DNA of 64,000 nucleotides, from assembly GCA_021800535.1 (NCBI GenBank), contig JAJYYV010000004.1, forward strand, positions 16,007 to 80,006. Reading direction: 5' to 3'. How positions within the stretch are numbered: the stretch's first letter is position 1; the number at the start of each line of letters is the position of its first letter. The stretch comes from a bacterium (GTDB lineage: Bacteria > Ratteibacteria > UBA8468 > B48-G9 > DTJG01). Under the pieces are notes generated by a model, which was not told the DNA's origin, searched no databases, and worked only from the letters and a program-made list of their open reading frames with translations. Made by a program: the position numbers and the translations under genes. Below are positions 1-8,402 of the stretch, piece after piece.

Positions 1-315
1 ATCAAGTAGCTGTTGCTGCTTGGGATTTATATAAACACCATTTATTATAAGTTTTGTACTTTTTGTTATTTTTTTTGATGTTTGAACAGGAGCATAAACA
101 GGAATATAAGACATTCCCATTGAATCTTTCATTGGAACTGGAGATGTGGCTTTAGGATTCATTGGGTCCCTATAATATAAAATCTTTCTTTTTTGTTTTT
201 CAGTTTTTGTTTTTAAAGAAAAACTTTTATGTTTTTCAAAGTGGATAAATGTTAACCCACCAAAAATAATAATAATCAAAAAAATCAATCCGGTAATTAT
301 TGCTTTTTTATTCAT
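1..315 (-). CDS. efflux RND periplasmic adaptor (membrane fusion protein), N-terminal part; the gene continues beyond the window start
   Basis: Minus-strand translation from ATG at 315: MNKKAIITGLIFLIIIIFGG...YYRDPMNPKATSPVPMKDSMGMSYIPVY. This is a TM anchor plus the DPMxP/MGMxYIPV motif typical of CusB/CzcB-type heavy-metal efflux adaptors. The start overlaps the OMF stop (ATGA). Confidence 0.6.
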   Translation of the reverse strand, partial: MNKKAIITGLIFLIIIIFGGLTFIHFEKHKSFSLKTKTEKQKRKILYYRDPMNPKATSPVPMKDSMGMSYIPVYAPVQTSKKITKSTKLIINGVYINPKQQQLLD

Positions 316-1694
316 AATTTTGCTCCTTTGGGAACTATTCCTGCAATGATAAGTGATATTTCATTCAAGTTTATTTCCCTCATTGCCATACTTGAAAAAT
401 AATTAGAATAAAAATTAAAATATGTATTCTGAGCCTTAAGAAATTTTTCAATGCTTGCATTTCCTGTTTGATAAGATGTTGTTTCTATCTGCATTACTGC
501 TTTTATTTCCGGAATAAGACTGGTTTTATAAAGAAGATATGCCCTGTTAGCCTGTCGCCATCTGAAAAGTCCATCTGCAAGCATTGCTGCTAATTCAAGC
601 TGTTGTGCAGAAAAAGATGCTTTTGCCTCCTTTTCCCCGGATTTAGAAGCAGATATTTCAGCCATTATCTTTTGTCTCCATGGTATAGATAATGTAATAA
701 GGGGTTCTGTAAGACTCATTGATGAAAAAATACTTTGCATCAGACTTACACCAAAATTTATTTTTGACTGGCTGTATGCCAGAGAAACAAATGCTTCAGC
801 CTGCTGTATGCCTGTTTTTAGAAGGGCAAGCGTGGGATTATGTTTTTTTACTGTATTCCATATTTTAGATTCTTTAAATTCAGTATTTGTAAATGGAAGA
901 TTCTCAGGCATTGGGGGTAATCTTATATTTTTAAGGTATGGATTTATTCCCAGAACTTGAGCAAATTCAACTCTTAAAACATGTTTATAATCTTTTAGAT
1001 TTGCAAGAATATTTTTAAATTTTTGTATTTCTATCTGGATATCAATAACATCTAAAAGAGAATTATTTCCTGTCTGTATTTTGGTAAGAGTTATATTTTC
1101 CATGGATTCAAGTGTATTTATTATATTTTCAGTAAGCTTTATTTTTTTGTTTGTAATCCAGTACTGGTACGCAAAATATTTAACTGTAAAAGCAGTTTTT
1201 AAAATTTCTTTCTGGAATATATATTGTTTTTCTTTTGCTTTTAAAGCCATTGCTTCTGTTAGAAAGTAGAGCTTTTTTTTGGCAGGATAACTTAACATTA
1301 TCCCGGGCATTGTCATAAGTGGAGGAAGAACATTGTTCATCATTCCGGAAGTAATCTGTTCTTCCAAAGAAAATTGTGGATTTGGGGCGTATCTGTATAC
1401 TGGAAGAATTTTAACATTTTTTTCCCATTGATAAAATGTTTTTTCAATAGCAGGATTATTATAAATGGCATATCTGATATAATCCTGTAAAGTGGATTTT
1501 GAAGTAAGAACAGGCAGGGGAGGTTTTTTCCCTTCAGTCCTATATATATTTTTAATCTCTTTAAATTTCTCTACCTGTTCTTTTTCTGTTTTTGTTGGTT
1601 TCTGAAGATTTGCACAGCCAGAAAGAAACAAAACAAAGAAAATAAAAAACCATTTTCTTATCTTGCTTTTAACAGCAGCATGATTGTTCCTCAT
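312..1694 (-). CDS. TolC-family outer membrane efflux lipoprotein (OMF)
   Basis: 479-aa ORF. Lipoprotein signal MRNNHAAVKSKIRKWFFIFFVLFLSGC from the internal Met at 1694. Two-repeat OMF architecture with an LxxAxxxY-type coiled-coil pattern. Sits in an operon with a YHS protein, CsoR and the MFP. Confidence 0.7.
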   Translation of the reverse strand: MRNNHAAVKSKIRKWFFIFFVLFLSGCANLQKPTKTEKEQVEKFKEIKNIYRTEGKKPPLPVLTSKSTLQDYIRYAIYNNPAIEKTFYQWEKNVKILPVYRYAPNPQFSLEEQITSGMMNNVLPPLMTMPGIMLSYPAKKKLYFLTEAMALKAKEKQYIFQKEILKTAFTVKYFAYQYWITNKKIKLTENIINTLESMENITLTKIQTGNNSLLDVIDIQIEIQKFKNILANLKDYKHVLRVEFAQVLGINPYLKNIRLPPMPENLPFTNTEFKESKIWNTVKKHNPTLALLKTGIQQAEAFVSLAYSQSKINFGVSLMQSIFSSMSLTEPLITLSIPWRQKIMAEISASKSGEKEAKASFSAQQLELAAMLADGLFRWRQANRAYLLYKTSLIPEIKAVMQIETTSYQTGNASIEKFLKAQNTYFNFYSNYFSSMAMREINLNEISLIIAGIVPKGAKL

Positions 1695-1857
1695 CCGTAG
1701 ATTCTCCTGTATACTTTGACGGATTATCATCAAAAGATTTTTTACAACCACGGGAACAAAAATAATATGTTTTATTTCTATAATCAGACTTTAAAATTGT
1801 TGTTGATTTTTCATCTATTTTCATACCACAAACTGGATCTTTTAACATTTTTATCAC
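1669..1857 (-). CDS. YHS-domain metal-binding protein
   Basis: PVCGMKIDEKS...KTYYFCSRGCKKSFDDNP is the YHS/TRASH motif. Cys-rich C-terminus EEQSCCC. Confidence 0.75.
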   Translation of the reverse strand: MIKMLKDPVCGMKIDEKSTTILKSDYRNKTYYFCSRGCKKSFDDNPSKYTGESTDEEQSCCC

Positions 1858-1912
1858 CTCCTGAAAATTTTTTATTATAAAAATTTATAATAATATACTC
1901 AGTACCACTATA

Positions 1913-2191
1913 TTATTTGATAAATTTTTCATACATTTCTATTAATTCTTTGACTTTTTCTTTTATCTGTTTGTCTTTCTTTGATTCTATAGTTTCCTTT
2001 ACACAGGTATTTATATGATTTTCAAGTATAACAGAAGCAATACTTTTTAATGCTCCCTGAGTGGCAGAAATCTGTTGAAGGATATCCATACAATATTCTT
2101 TTTTTTCCACCATTTTCAAAACACCTCTAATCTGTCCTTCTACTCTTTTTATTCTCGGTTTTAATATTTTAATGGTTTTTTCATTAATCAT
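1913..2191 (-). CDS. CsoR/RcnR/FrmR-family metal-sensing transcriptional repressor
   Basis: 92 aa. Family signature ...YCMDILQQISATQGAL...HINTCV (Cys-His-Cys metal ligands, DUF156 fold). Upstream of the YHS/OMF/MFP genes. Confidence 0.8.
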   Translation of the reverse strand: MINEKTIKILKPRIKRVEGQIRGVLKMVEKKEYCMDILQQISATQGALKSIASVILENHINTCVKETIESKKDKQIKEKVKELIEMYEKFIK

Positions 2192-2198
2192 TTTTTCA

Positions 2199-2217
2199 GT
2201 ATACTACCTACCAGTAT
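2199..2217. promoter_or_regulatory. candidate CsoR operator/promoter palindrome
   Basis: TATACTACCTACCAGTATA, an imperfect inverted repeat (TATACT...AGTATA), lies 8 bp upstream of the CsoR start. Confidence 0.3.
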
Positions 2218-2370
2218 TTTTGTCAAATAATTTTTTAGAAATCTTTTTTAGTTGTTAAATTAATATATGAAGTTTTTTAGAAAATTTGTGATTATTCTTT
2301 TGACTTTTTTTATTTCATTTTTTCTTTTTTGAAAATTATTTAATGCCTATTTTTTGCGGAATTTGGGAAA

Positions 2371-2429
2371 TTGTATGCCAGCGTCCATATCCATTTTCCC
2401 TGTATCGCATACTTATGGGTTGGTCTGTT
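2371..2429 (-). repeat. RHS core relic (57-bp fragment)
   Basis: 55/57 nt identical to 10395..10451, which encodes ...QPISMRYRENGYVRWHT of RHS copy B. It is intergenic and has no ORF context. Confidence 0.6.
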
Positions 2430-2435
2430 TTGTTG

Positions 2436-2867
2436 TTAAATAAACTTACTAAAAAATTGACACATTTTTTCTAAATTTTCTTTTTGATTAGATGGCATAA
2501 TTCTAAAAATTCCAATTTTTATTTTTGGAATTTTTATTATATGTGGCTCAGAATATTTTTTAAGTTTGATATAAAAAATTTTAGCAGTTAAAAAATTCTT
2601 GATATCTATTTTTTCTATTTCAGAAAAATCTATAGATGTTAATCTATCAAAAGAATAATATGATGAAATTTCTGCTATTAATAAACGTTGATTAGTTAAT
2701 CCAATCAAAAAATTTCTTACAGGAACAGTTTGTCCAGTTTGTGACAAAATATTTTGTAAAATATAGTTCCAAAAAGAAAAATATTCTAAACCTAAAACAT
2801 ACGAATTTAGAGTTTCTTGTTGATTTAAACATTTTGAAAATTCTTCTTTTATAACTTCGTCTGTCAT
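2436..2867 (-). CDS. hypothetical protein
   Basis: 143-aa ORF downstream of the propeller gene. No recognisable motif. Confidence 0.35.
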   Translation of the reverse strand: MTDEVIKEEFSKCLNQQETLNSYVLGLEYFSFWNYILQNILSQTGQTVPVRNFLIGLTNQRLLIAEISSYYSFDRLTSIDFSEIEKIDIKNFLTAKIFYIKLKKYSEPHIIKIPKIKIGIFRIMPSNQKENLEKMCQFFSKFI

Positions 2868-2879
2868 TTTATATTTTGA

Positions 2880-4358
2880 TTATTTTATAAAATTATTCCC
2901 TACAGTAACAAATATATTATTTCCATATGTAATTCCATTGAGTACATTAGGTATTCTTAAATTTTGCTTTGTCCATTTTATTCCATTTAAAGAAGTTATA
3001 ATTACGCCATATGGGTTTTGTTCAATAATCTGATATGCTCCTCCTACTGCCACAAATTTTCCATCACCATATGTGATACTGTTAAGTATGCTAATAATTG
3101 GTAAATTTTGTTTTTGCCAAGTTTTTCCATTATAAGAAGTTAGAATCGTATCTCCAACAGCTACAAATTTACCACCCCCGTATGTAATAGCAAAAAGATT
3201 GTTAGATATTCCTGAATTTCTATTTATCCATTTTTTCCCGTTAACAGAGGTAATAATTATACCATAAGAATTTCCCATACTTGGACTATAGTTTCCTCCA
3301 ACAGCTATAAATTCATTATTTCCATATGTTATTCCTCGAATAGAATTAATTGTTTTAGAATTTTGTTTAACCCAATTTTTTCCATTAGAAGAAGTAAGAA
3401 TTGTTCCATTATCTCCCACTGCAACAAATTTTTTCTTTCCATATGTGATCCCATTAAGTTGATAATTTATACCAGAATTTTGTTTAACCCAATTTTTTCC
3501 ATTAGAAGAAGTAAGAATTGTTCCATTATCTCCCACTGCAACAAATTTTTTCTTTCCATATACTATTCCGTTAAGCCAAGCAATTGTTCCAGAATTTTGT
3601 TTTATCCAATTTTTTCCATTAGAAGAAGTTAAAATTGCATTTCCAACGGCTACAAATTCCTCATTCCCATATGTAATTGCAGAAAAACTATTAGATATTT
3701 CTGAACTCCTATTTATCCATATGACTCCATTTGAAGAACTTAAAATTGGTGTTAAAATACTTCTTTGGAATTTTTGTTTTTTTAATGGAAGTAAAATTTT
3801 AAATAAGAAAATTAACAAGATAATAATAATGAAAATGCTTAATATAATTCCTATGATTTTTTTAAAATTAAAAGGTTTGATTTTACTCGTAATTGGACTA
3901 TTGAATAATTTTTTTAATTTTAATTTTTCTCCAATAAATCCACCTAATATACCAAAGGGAATAACCAAAAAAAGGGATAATTTAATATAAAAAATATGAG
4001 GAATACTATTCAATGGAAATATCACCGGTAAAGATTCTATCAAAAACAAAAGAATAACAACTACTGCAACAAATTTTGTACCACCTTTTCCTACTATATA
4101 TCCCATAATAAACATGCCTATAAATGTAGGTATAATAGATTCTCCAATCAAACTTAACTTAAGTAATTTATTATAATAATTGAATAAACTCATTGTATAA
4201 TATGTGCTTGATAATTTATTTGATAAATTTGTAATTATAAATTTATCATAAATTGAAAATATAATATTTCTAACGAAATAGCCTATAAAAAAAGCGAAAA
4301 TTCCAATTTTGATTTTATATTTATCTAATATTTTACTTTTAAATAAAGTTAGTTTCAT
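2880..4358 (-). CDS. polytopic-membrane-anchored Asp-box/BNR-like beta-propeller protein
   Basis: N-terminal ~190 aa with 4-5 hydrophobic helices. Then 7 repeats with a 39-aa period: ITYGxxKFVAVGxxGTILTSSNGKNWxKQNSG. The S-x-[DN]-G-x-x-W core is Asp-box like. Confidence 0.7.
   Translation of the reverse strand: MKLTLFKSKILDKYKIKIGIFAFFIGYFVRNIIFSIYDKFIITNLSNKLSSTYYTMSLFNYYNKLLKLSLIGESIIPTFIGMFIMGYIVGKGGTKFVAVVVILLFLIESLPVIFPLNSIPHIFYIKLSLFLVIPFGILGGFIGEKLKLKKLFNSPITSKIKPFNFKKIIGIILSIFIIIILLIFLFKILLPLKKQKFQRSILTPILSSSNGVIWINRSSEISNSFSAITYGNEEFVAVGNAILTSSNGKNWIKQNSGTIAWLNGIVYGKKKFVAVGDNGTILTSSNGKNWVKQNSGINYQLNGITYGKKKFVAVGDNGTILTSSNGKNWVKQNSKTINSIRGITYGNNEFIAVGGNYSPSMGNSYGIIITSVNGKKWINRNSGISNNLFAITYGGGKFVAVGDTILTSYNGKTWQKQNLPIISILNSITYGDGKFVAVGGAYQIIEQNPYGVIITSLNGIKWTKQNLRIPNVLNGITYGNNIFVTVGNNFIK
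3361..3594. repeat. 117-bp tandem duplication (2 copies, 84 nt perfect) inside the propeller gene
   Basis: 3361..3444 is identical to 3478..3561. Period 117 nt = one 39-aa blade (GKKKFVAVGDNGTILTSSNGKNWVKQNS). Confidence 0.85.
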
Positions 4359-4372
4359 TATTTTAATAAAAA

Positions 4373-5299
4373 CTAAAATTTAGCAACTATACCCCACCAC
4401 CATGGCGGAAATGGAATTTGATTTGTTGAACATTGGTATGGGCCAGGTGGTCCTCGCCTATAAAGTGCCCATATTTTACAAGTATCTAAATTAGCTATAG
4501 CTCGACCTTTACAAGCAATAAGTTGAGGTTTCTGCCACCAATGTGAATAGGAAGATTCACATTGACTTATTTGTAAATGATACATTTCATAACATAAATT
4601 TAATCTTATAGATTTCATTCCTGTGGGATCTCTATAATTTATTGGATTATTTCTTTCCACTATGTATAGATTGTTAAGTAAAGAAGAAATAGGTAAAATT
4701 AGAGTTTTTTGATATAGAATAGAGGCAGGTGTGAAAGAAGATAATAAATTTAATTTCATTATTTGAAGCATTGCTATGTAAGTATATATATTCTCAGAAT
4801 TGATTGGGAGTGCTGAAATTGTAGAATTCTCACTCTCTCCCCCACATCCGCATCCTGAATTTCCGTTTGCAGATGGTAAGTTGTTTCCTGTGGCATATTC
4901 TGGCACTTCCCTCAAAAGTGGGTCTACTTCAAGGAAACGGCCAAGAGACGGAGATTGATAGCGGGCACGGAAATAGTAAAGATTACTTTCTCTGTCATAT
5001 TCTCTTCCTTGGTAAGTAATTGTGTTGGTAAAGCCGTTTTCTCTATTAAAAGGTAGTCCCACTCCTATGTTTTCGCCCTCTCTATTCATCATCTCTCCAA
5101 AAGGTAGGTAATTATAACTGGCTATGACTTGCCCCCTTGAATTTGTTAGTTGTCTCACATTTCCTTCTCCATCATAGAGGTAATAAATTGTATGCCATCT
5201 TCCGTGTGTTCTGTATTCCATCTCTATTGGTTGGTATGTTGTGTCTCTGTAGGTGTATATTTTCTTTGCCCTCCCATATTTATTATACACTATAAACAC
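4373..5299 (-). CDS. RHS repeat-associated core + C-terminal tip D (orphan RHS C-terminal module)
   Basis: YLYDGEGNVRQLTNSRGQVIASYNYLPFGE...YQGREYDRESNLYYFRARYQSPSLGRFLEVDPL...NPINYRDPTG, then an 88-aa unrelated tail. The open frame continues upstream to a TAA at ~5405 (IHYNCDCGTKRVYKK...) with no ATG. Confidence 0.8.
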   Translation of the reverse strand: MFIVYNKYGRAKKIYTYRDTTYQPIEMEYRTHGRWHTIYYLYDGEGNVRQLTNSRGQVIASYNYLPFGEMMNREGENIGVGLPFNRENGFTNTITYQGREYDRESNLYYFRARYQSPSLGRFLEVDPLLREVPEYATGNNLPSANGNSGCGCGGESENSTISALPINSENIYTYIAMLQIMKLNLLSSFTPASILYQKTLILPISSLLNNLYIVERNNPINYRDPTGMKSIRLNLCYEMYHLQISQCESSYSHWWQKPQLIACKGRAIANLDTCKIWALYRRGPPGPYQCSTNQIPFPPWWWGIVAKF

Positions 5300-5419
5300 C
5301 TGGTCTATTCCATTTATTGTGTCAAAAAAGTATTGGCTTACTTTACCTCTTACATTTTTCTTATATACTCTTTTGGTCCCACAATCGCAGTTGTAATGAA
5401 TTTAATTTGATAAATATTT

Positions 5420-6538
5420 TTATTTTCGGGGTATCACAACAAATTCATTTTTCCCATATGTTATACCCCACAGCCAATCATTTATTTCAGAATTTTGTTT
5501 TTCCCAATGAATTCCATCTGAAGAAGTTAATATTGTTCCAAAATTTCCAACTACTACAAATTTTTTATTACCATAAATAATACCATTCAATTCATAAGTT
5601 GTTTTAGAATTTTGCTTTATCCATATTTTTCCATTAATAGATGTTATAATTGTGCCATGATTTCCTACAGCAATAAATTTTCCATTTCCATATGTAATAC
5701 TCCAAAGATAATGGAGTATACCAGATTTTTGTTTCTTCCAATGTATTCCATCGTAAGAGGTAAGAATTGTGCCAAAATCTCCTACAGCTATAAATTCTTT
5801 CTTCCCATATGTTATTCCTAAAAGAATTTTATTCATTACAAGATTTTGTTTTTCCCAATGAATTCCATCTGAGGAAATTAATATTGTGCCAGAATTTCCT
5901 ACTGCGACAAATTTTTTGTCTCCATATGTAATTCCATTTAATTCATAAATTGTTTTTAAATTATGTTTTCTCCATATTTTCCCATCAATAGATGTTAGAA
6001 CTATTCCATTATTTCCCACTGCAATAAAAATTTTATTTCCATATGTTATTCCGGAAAGACAATTATTTATTCCTGATCTCTGTTTTAACCATTTCTTGCT
6101 ATTATGAGAAGTGAGAATTATTCCATTTTGTCCAACTGTTACAAATTTATTGTCTCCATATGTAATACCACAAAGAAATTTATTTGTTCCTGAATTTTGT
6201 GTTTGCCATCTTATTCCGTCATAAGAGATTAAAATTGGAAGTATTTTGTTAGTATAAAAATAATTTTGTTTTGTATTCAGAAAAACATGCATTTTAAATA
6301 AAAAGAAAACTGAAATAATAATCAACAAAATTGTACAAAAAGAAAGAAATAAAAGAAATATAAATAATTGTTTCTTTTTTCTTTCTATAAAATAATATAA
6401 AATAAATCCTGCAATTATAAAACTAAAACCTATTATATTTAATGCAGACATTGGTTTACTTAAATAAAACATTATAAATAATCCAATAATAAAAAAGATG
6501 CCACTAATTAATATAGAAAAAATATTTTTTTTATTCAT
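5420..6538 (-). CDS. membrane-anchored Asp-box/BNR-like beta-propeller protein
   Basis: 3 N-terminal TM helices, then 7 repeats of 39 aa (ITYGxxKFVAVGxxGTILTSxDGIHWEKQN). The start overlaps the stop of the RHS module at 6531 by 8 nt. Confidence 0.7.
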   Translation of the reverse strand: MNKKNIFSILISGIFFIIGLFIMFYLSKPMSALNIIGFSFIIAGFILYYFIERKKKQLFIFLLFLSFCTILLIIISVFFLFKMHVFLNTKQNYFYTNKILPILISYDGIRWQTQNSGTNKFLCGITYGDNKFVTVGQNGIILTSHNSKKWLKQRSGINNCLSGITYGNKIFIAVGNNGIVLTSIDGKIWRKHNLKTIYELNGITYGDKKFVAVGNSGTILISSDGIHWEKQNLVMNKILLGITYGKKEFIAVGDFGTILTSYDGIHWKKQKSGILHYLWSITYGNGKFIAVGNHGTIITSINGKIWIKQNSKTTYELNGIIYGNKKFVVVGNFGTILTSSDGIHWEKQNSEINDWLWGITYGKNEFVVIPRK

Positions 6539-7142
6539 ACATAGGTGATGGTTGGCTATGATTTAAAAACCATTCCAGCGCTTTAGTAATAGCTGTTCCA
6601 GAAATACCGCTGCATTCTAATCCTGGTTTTACATTTTTGAACCATTCTTGATATTGGCAATGAGAAAGTTTTTCTGCATCTAAATTATTATAATTAATAG
6701 CTGTAGATATACATTTAAGGCATTGATAACCGACATATTCCAAATAAATAGACCCTGAAATTGTTGAAATCCATCCAAAATCTTCCCAACCAATACCTAT
6801 TATTTCTATTTGTTTACCTGTGGGATCTTTATAATTTATAGGGTTATTTTCCACAAATATATAAGAATTATTAATTGTAACAATTTTAAGTATTGGAGAT
6901 GTTATTTGTTGTGGTTTATTCATCATCTCTCCAAAAGGAAGGTAATTATAACTGGCTATGACTTGCCCCCTTGAATTTGTTAGTTGTCGGACATTTCCTT
7001 CTCCATCGTAGAGGTAGTATACTGTGTGCCAGCGTCCATATCCATTTTCCCTGTACTGTCGCATTTCTATTGGTTGGTCTGTTGTGTTTCCATATATGTA
7101 TATTTTCTTTGCCCTCCCATATTTATTATACACTATAAGCAT
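6531..7142 (-). CDS. RHS repeat-associated core (internally deleted) + C-terminal tip C
   Basis: Same conserved N-part (VYNKYGRAKKIY...YLYDGEGNVRQLTNSRGQVIASYNYLPFGEMMN) joined directly to ...NNPINYKDPTG, then a 95-aa unique tail. The frame is open upstream to a TGA at ~7252 (QYKTEIFRNCSCGTKRVYKK), which matches copy A. Confidence 0.8.
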   Translation of the reverse strand: MLIVYNKYGRAKKIYIYGNTTDQPIEMRQYRENGYGRWHTVYYLYDGEGNVRQLTNSRGQVIASYNYLPFGEMMNKPQQITSPILKIVTINNSYIFVENNPINYKDPTGKQIEIIGIGWEDFGWISTISGSIYLEYVGYQCLKCISTAINYNNLDAEKLSHCQYQEWFKNVKPGLECSGISGTAITKALEWFLNHSQPSPMYE

Positions 7143-7251
7143 TTGGTCTATCCCATTTATTGTGTCAAAGAAATATCGGCTTACTTTTCCTCTGACATTT
7201 TTCTTATATACTCTTTTTGTTCCACAGGAGCAGTTTCGGAATATTTCTGTT

Positions 7252-8067
7252 TTATATTGTCAATTCTTCATTATCTGCAGGGATATAATGAACAAAAGTG
7301 CCTACTTTTTTGTATAGTTTTTCTCTAAAAGATGCTATAGAATTGATTTTATCTAATTTTAACCATGTCAACCAACCGCAAAAAACTCCTATTTCTATTT
7401 TTAATAATAAGAAAAATTGTTCCTGTAAAAAAACGTATCCATTATTTTTTAAGTTAAGTAAAAGATATTCCCAAGAAGAAATACCGGTTAGATTTTCTAT
7501 AATAGTTCTTTTTGTTAAATAAGAATATGTACTACTATAAAAAATATAAGTTTTCCCACTAAAATATCCATTCCAAATGAAAAATATTATTAACCCTACA
7601 ATACTATAAAGTAATCTTTTCTTTCTTATTAAAAATCCTATTGCTAAAGCAAATATATAGCCATACCATAAAATAGAAAAAAAAGTCATCAAAGATTCAC
7701 TTATAGATGATATAGGAATATTAAAATCAAGCGTAATAATACCACTAAAATTTGCCCCTAAATCGCTACAAAAATTTATTAAACCTAATATTAAACTAAA
7801 TAAAAATATTTTTGTTTGTAATTGTTTTTCTGAAATAAAAAGATTTAAAACTATAGATCCACAAATAAAAGGAAGAAATTGTATTATTAATTCAAGTATT
7901 AGATAAACCACGAACAAAAAAAGAGACATAAAAGGAGGGCTTGTTAAAATTTGAGAAGTAAAAAACGAAGGTAGATGATAATTATTAATTAAGGATATAT
8001 ATATTATCTGTGAAATTAGAGTGGCAACGATTAAAGATAAAAAAACAGGGAAATATAATTTTTTCAT
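7252..8067 (-). CDS. polytopic membrane protein (6-7 TM), function unknown
   Basis: 271-aa hydrophobic ORF between propeller 3 and RHS module C. Its 3' end runs into the RHS repeat. Confidence 0.45.
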   Translation of the reverse strand: MKKLYFPVFLSLIVATLISQIIYISLINNYHLPSFFTSQILTSPPFMSLFLFVVYLILELIIQFLPFICGSIVLNLFISEKQLQTKIFLFSLILGLINFCSDLGANFSGIITLDFNIPISSISESLMTFFSILWYGYIFALAIGFLIRKKRLLYSIVGLIIFFIWNGYFSGKTYIFYSSTYSYLTKRTIIENLTGISSWEYLLLNLKNNGYVFLQEQFFLLLKIEIGVFCGWLTWLKLDKINSIASFREKLYKKVGTFVHYIPADNEELTI

Positions 8068-8402
8068 ATTATTTTATTTTTACCACCATGATGGTGCAAG
8101 AAGCTTACATACTTCTTCCTGAGAACGTCCAGCATTTAATAGCCAAAAAGATCTACTAATGGGAATACCTTTTTGTTTCCAAATTGTTTCATTTATTGGC
8201 ATAGTCCACTCATTACTAAAAGTTATTTTTCTATGAAACCCTTGGCATTTATTCCAACATAACCAAGCTGTTTCTCGGGCTTTTATAAGCCAACCTTTTC
8301 TACGAATTTCAGCAGTAAATTCACAAGAGTATAAAAAAGTAGCGCCGGCTTTTTCTATAGAAAGAGAATGAAATTTTACAAATGTTTTTCCTGAAAAAGT
8401 TT

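Noticed and set aside
3363-3990. Plus-strand ORFs 3363..3632 and 3721..3990 in the track.
   Set aside because: They are antisense to the propeller gene 2880..4358. The first one consists of the 117-bp duplication read in another frame. Both are low-complexity translations.
5150-5410. Plus-strand ORFs overlapping each RHS core (5150..5410, 5317..5580, 6984..7328, 7024..7317, 10355..10630, 11778..12077, 11890..12087) look conserved across the copies.
   Set aside because: The conservation is explained entirely by the conserved RHS core on the minus strand. The translations are hydrophobic low-complexity sequence without motifs.
5612-5821. Plus-strand ORF inside propeller gene 5420..6538. The same applies to 8424..8615, 8763..9008 and 9129..9380 inside 8403..9449.
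   Set aside because: These are antisense artefacts created by the repetitive blade-coding sequence. They have no RBS and no independent conservation.
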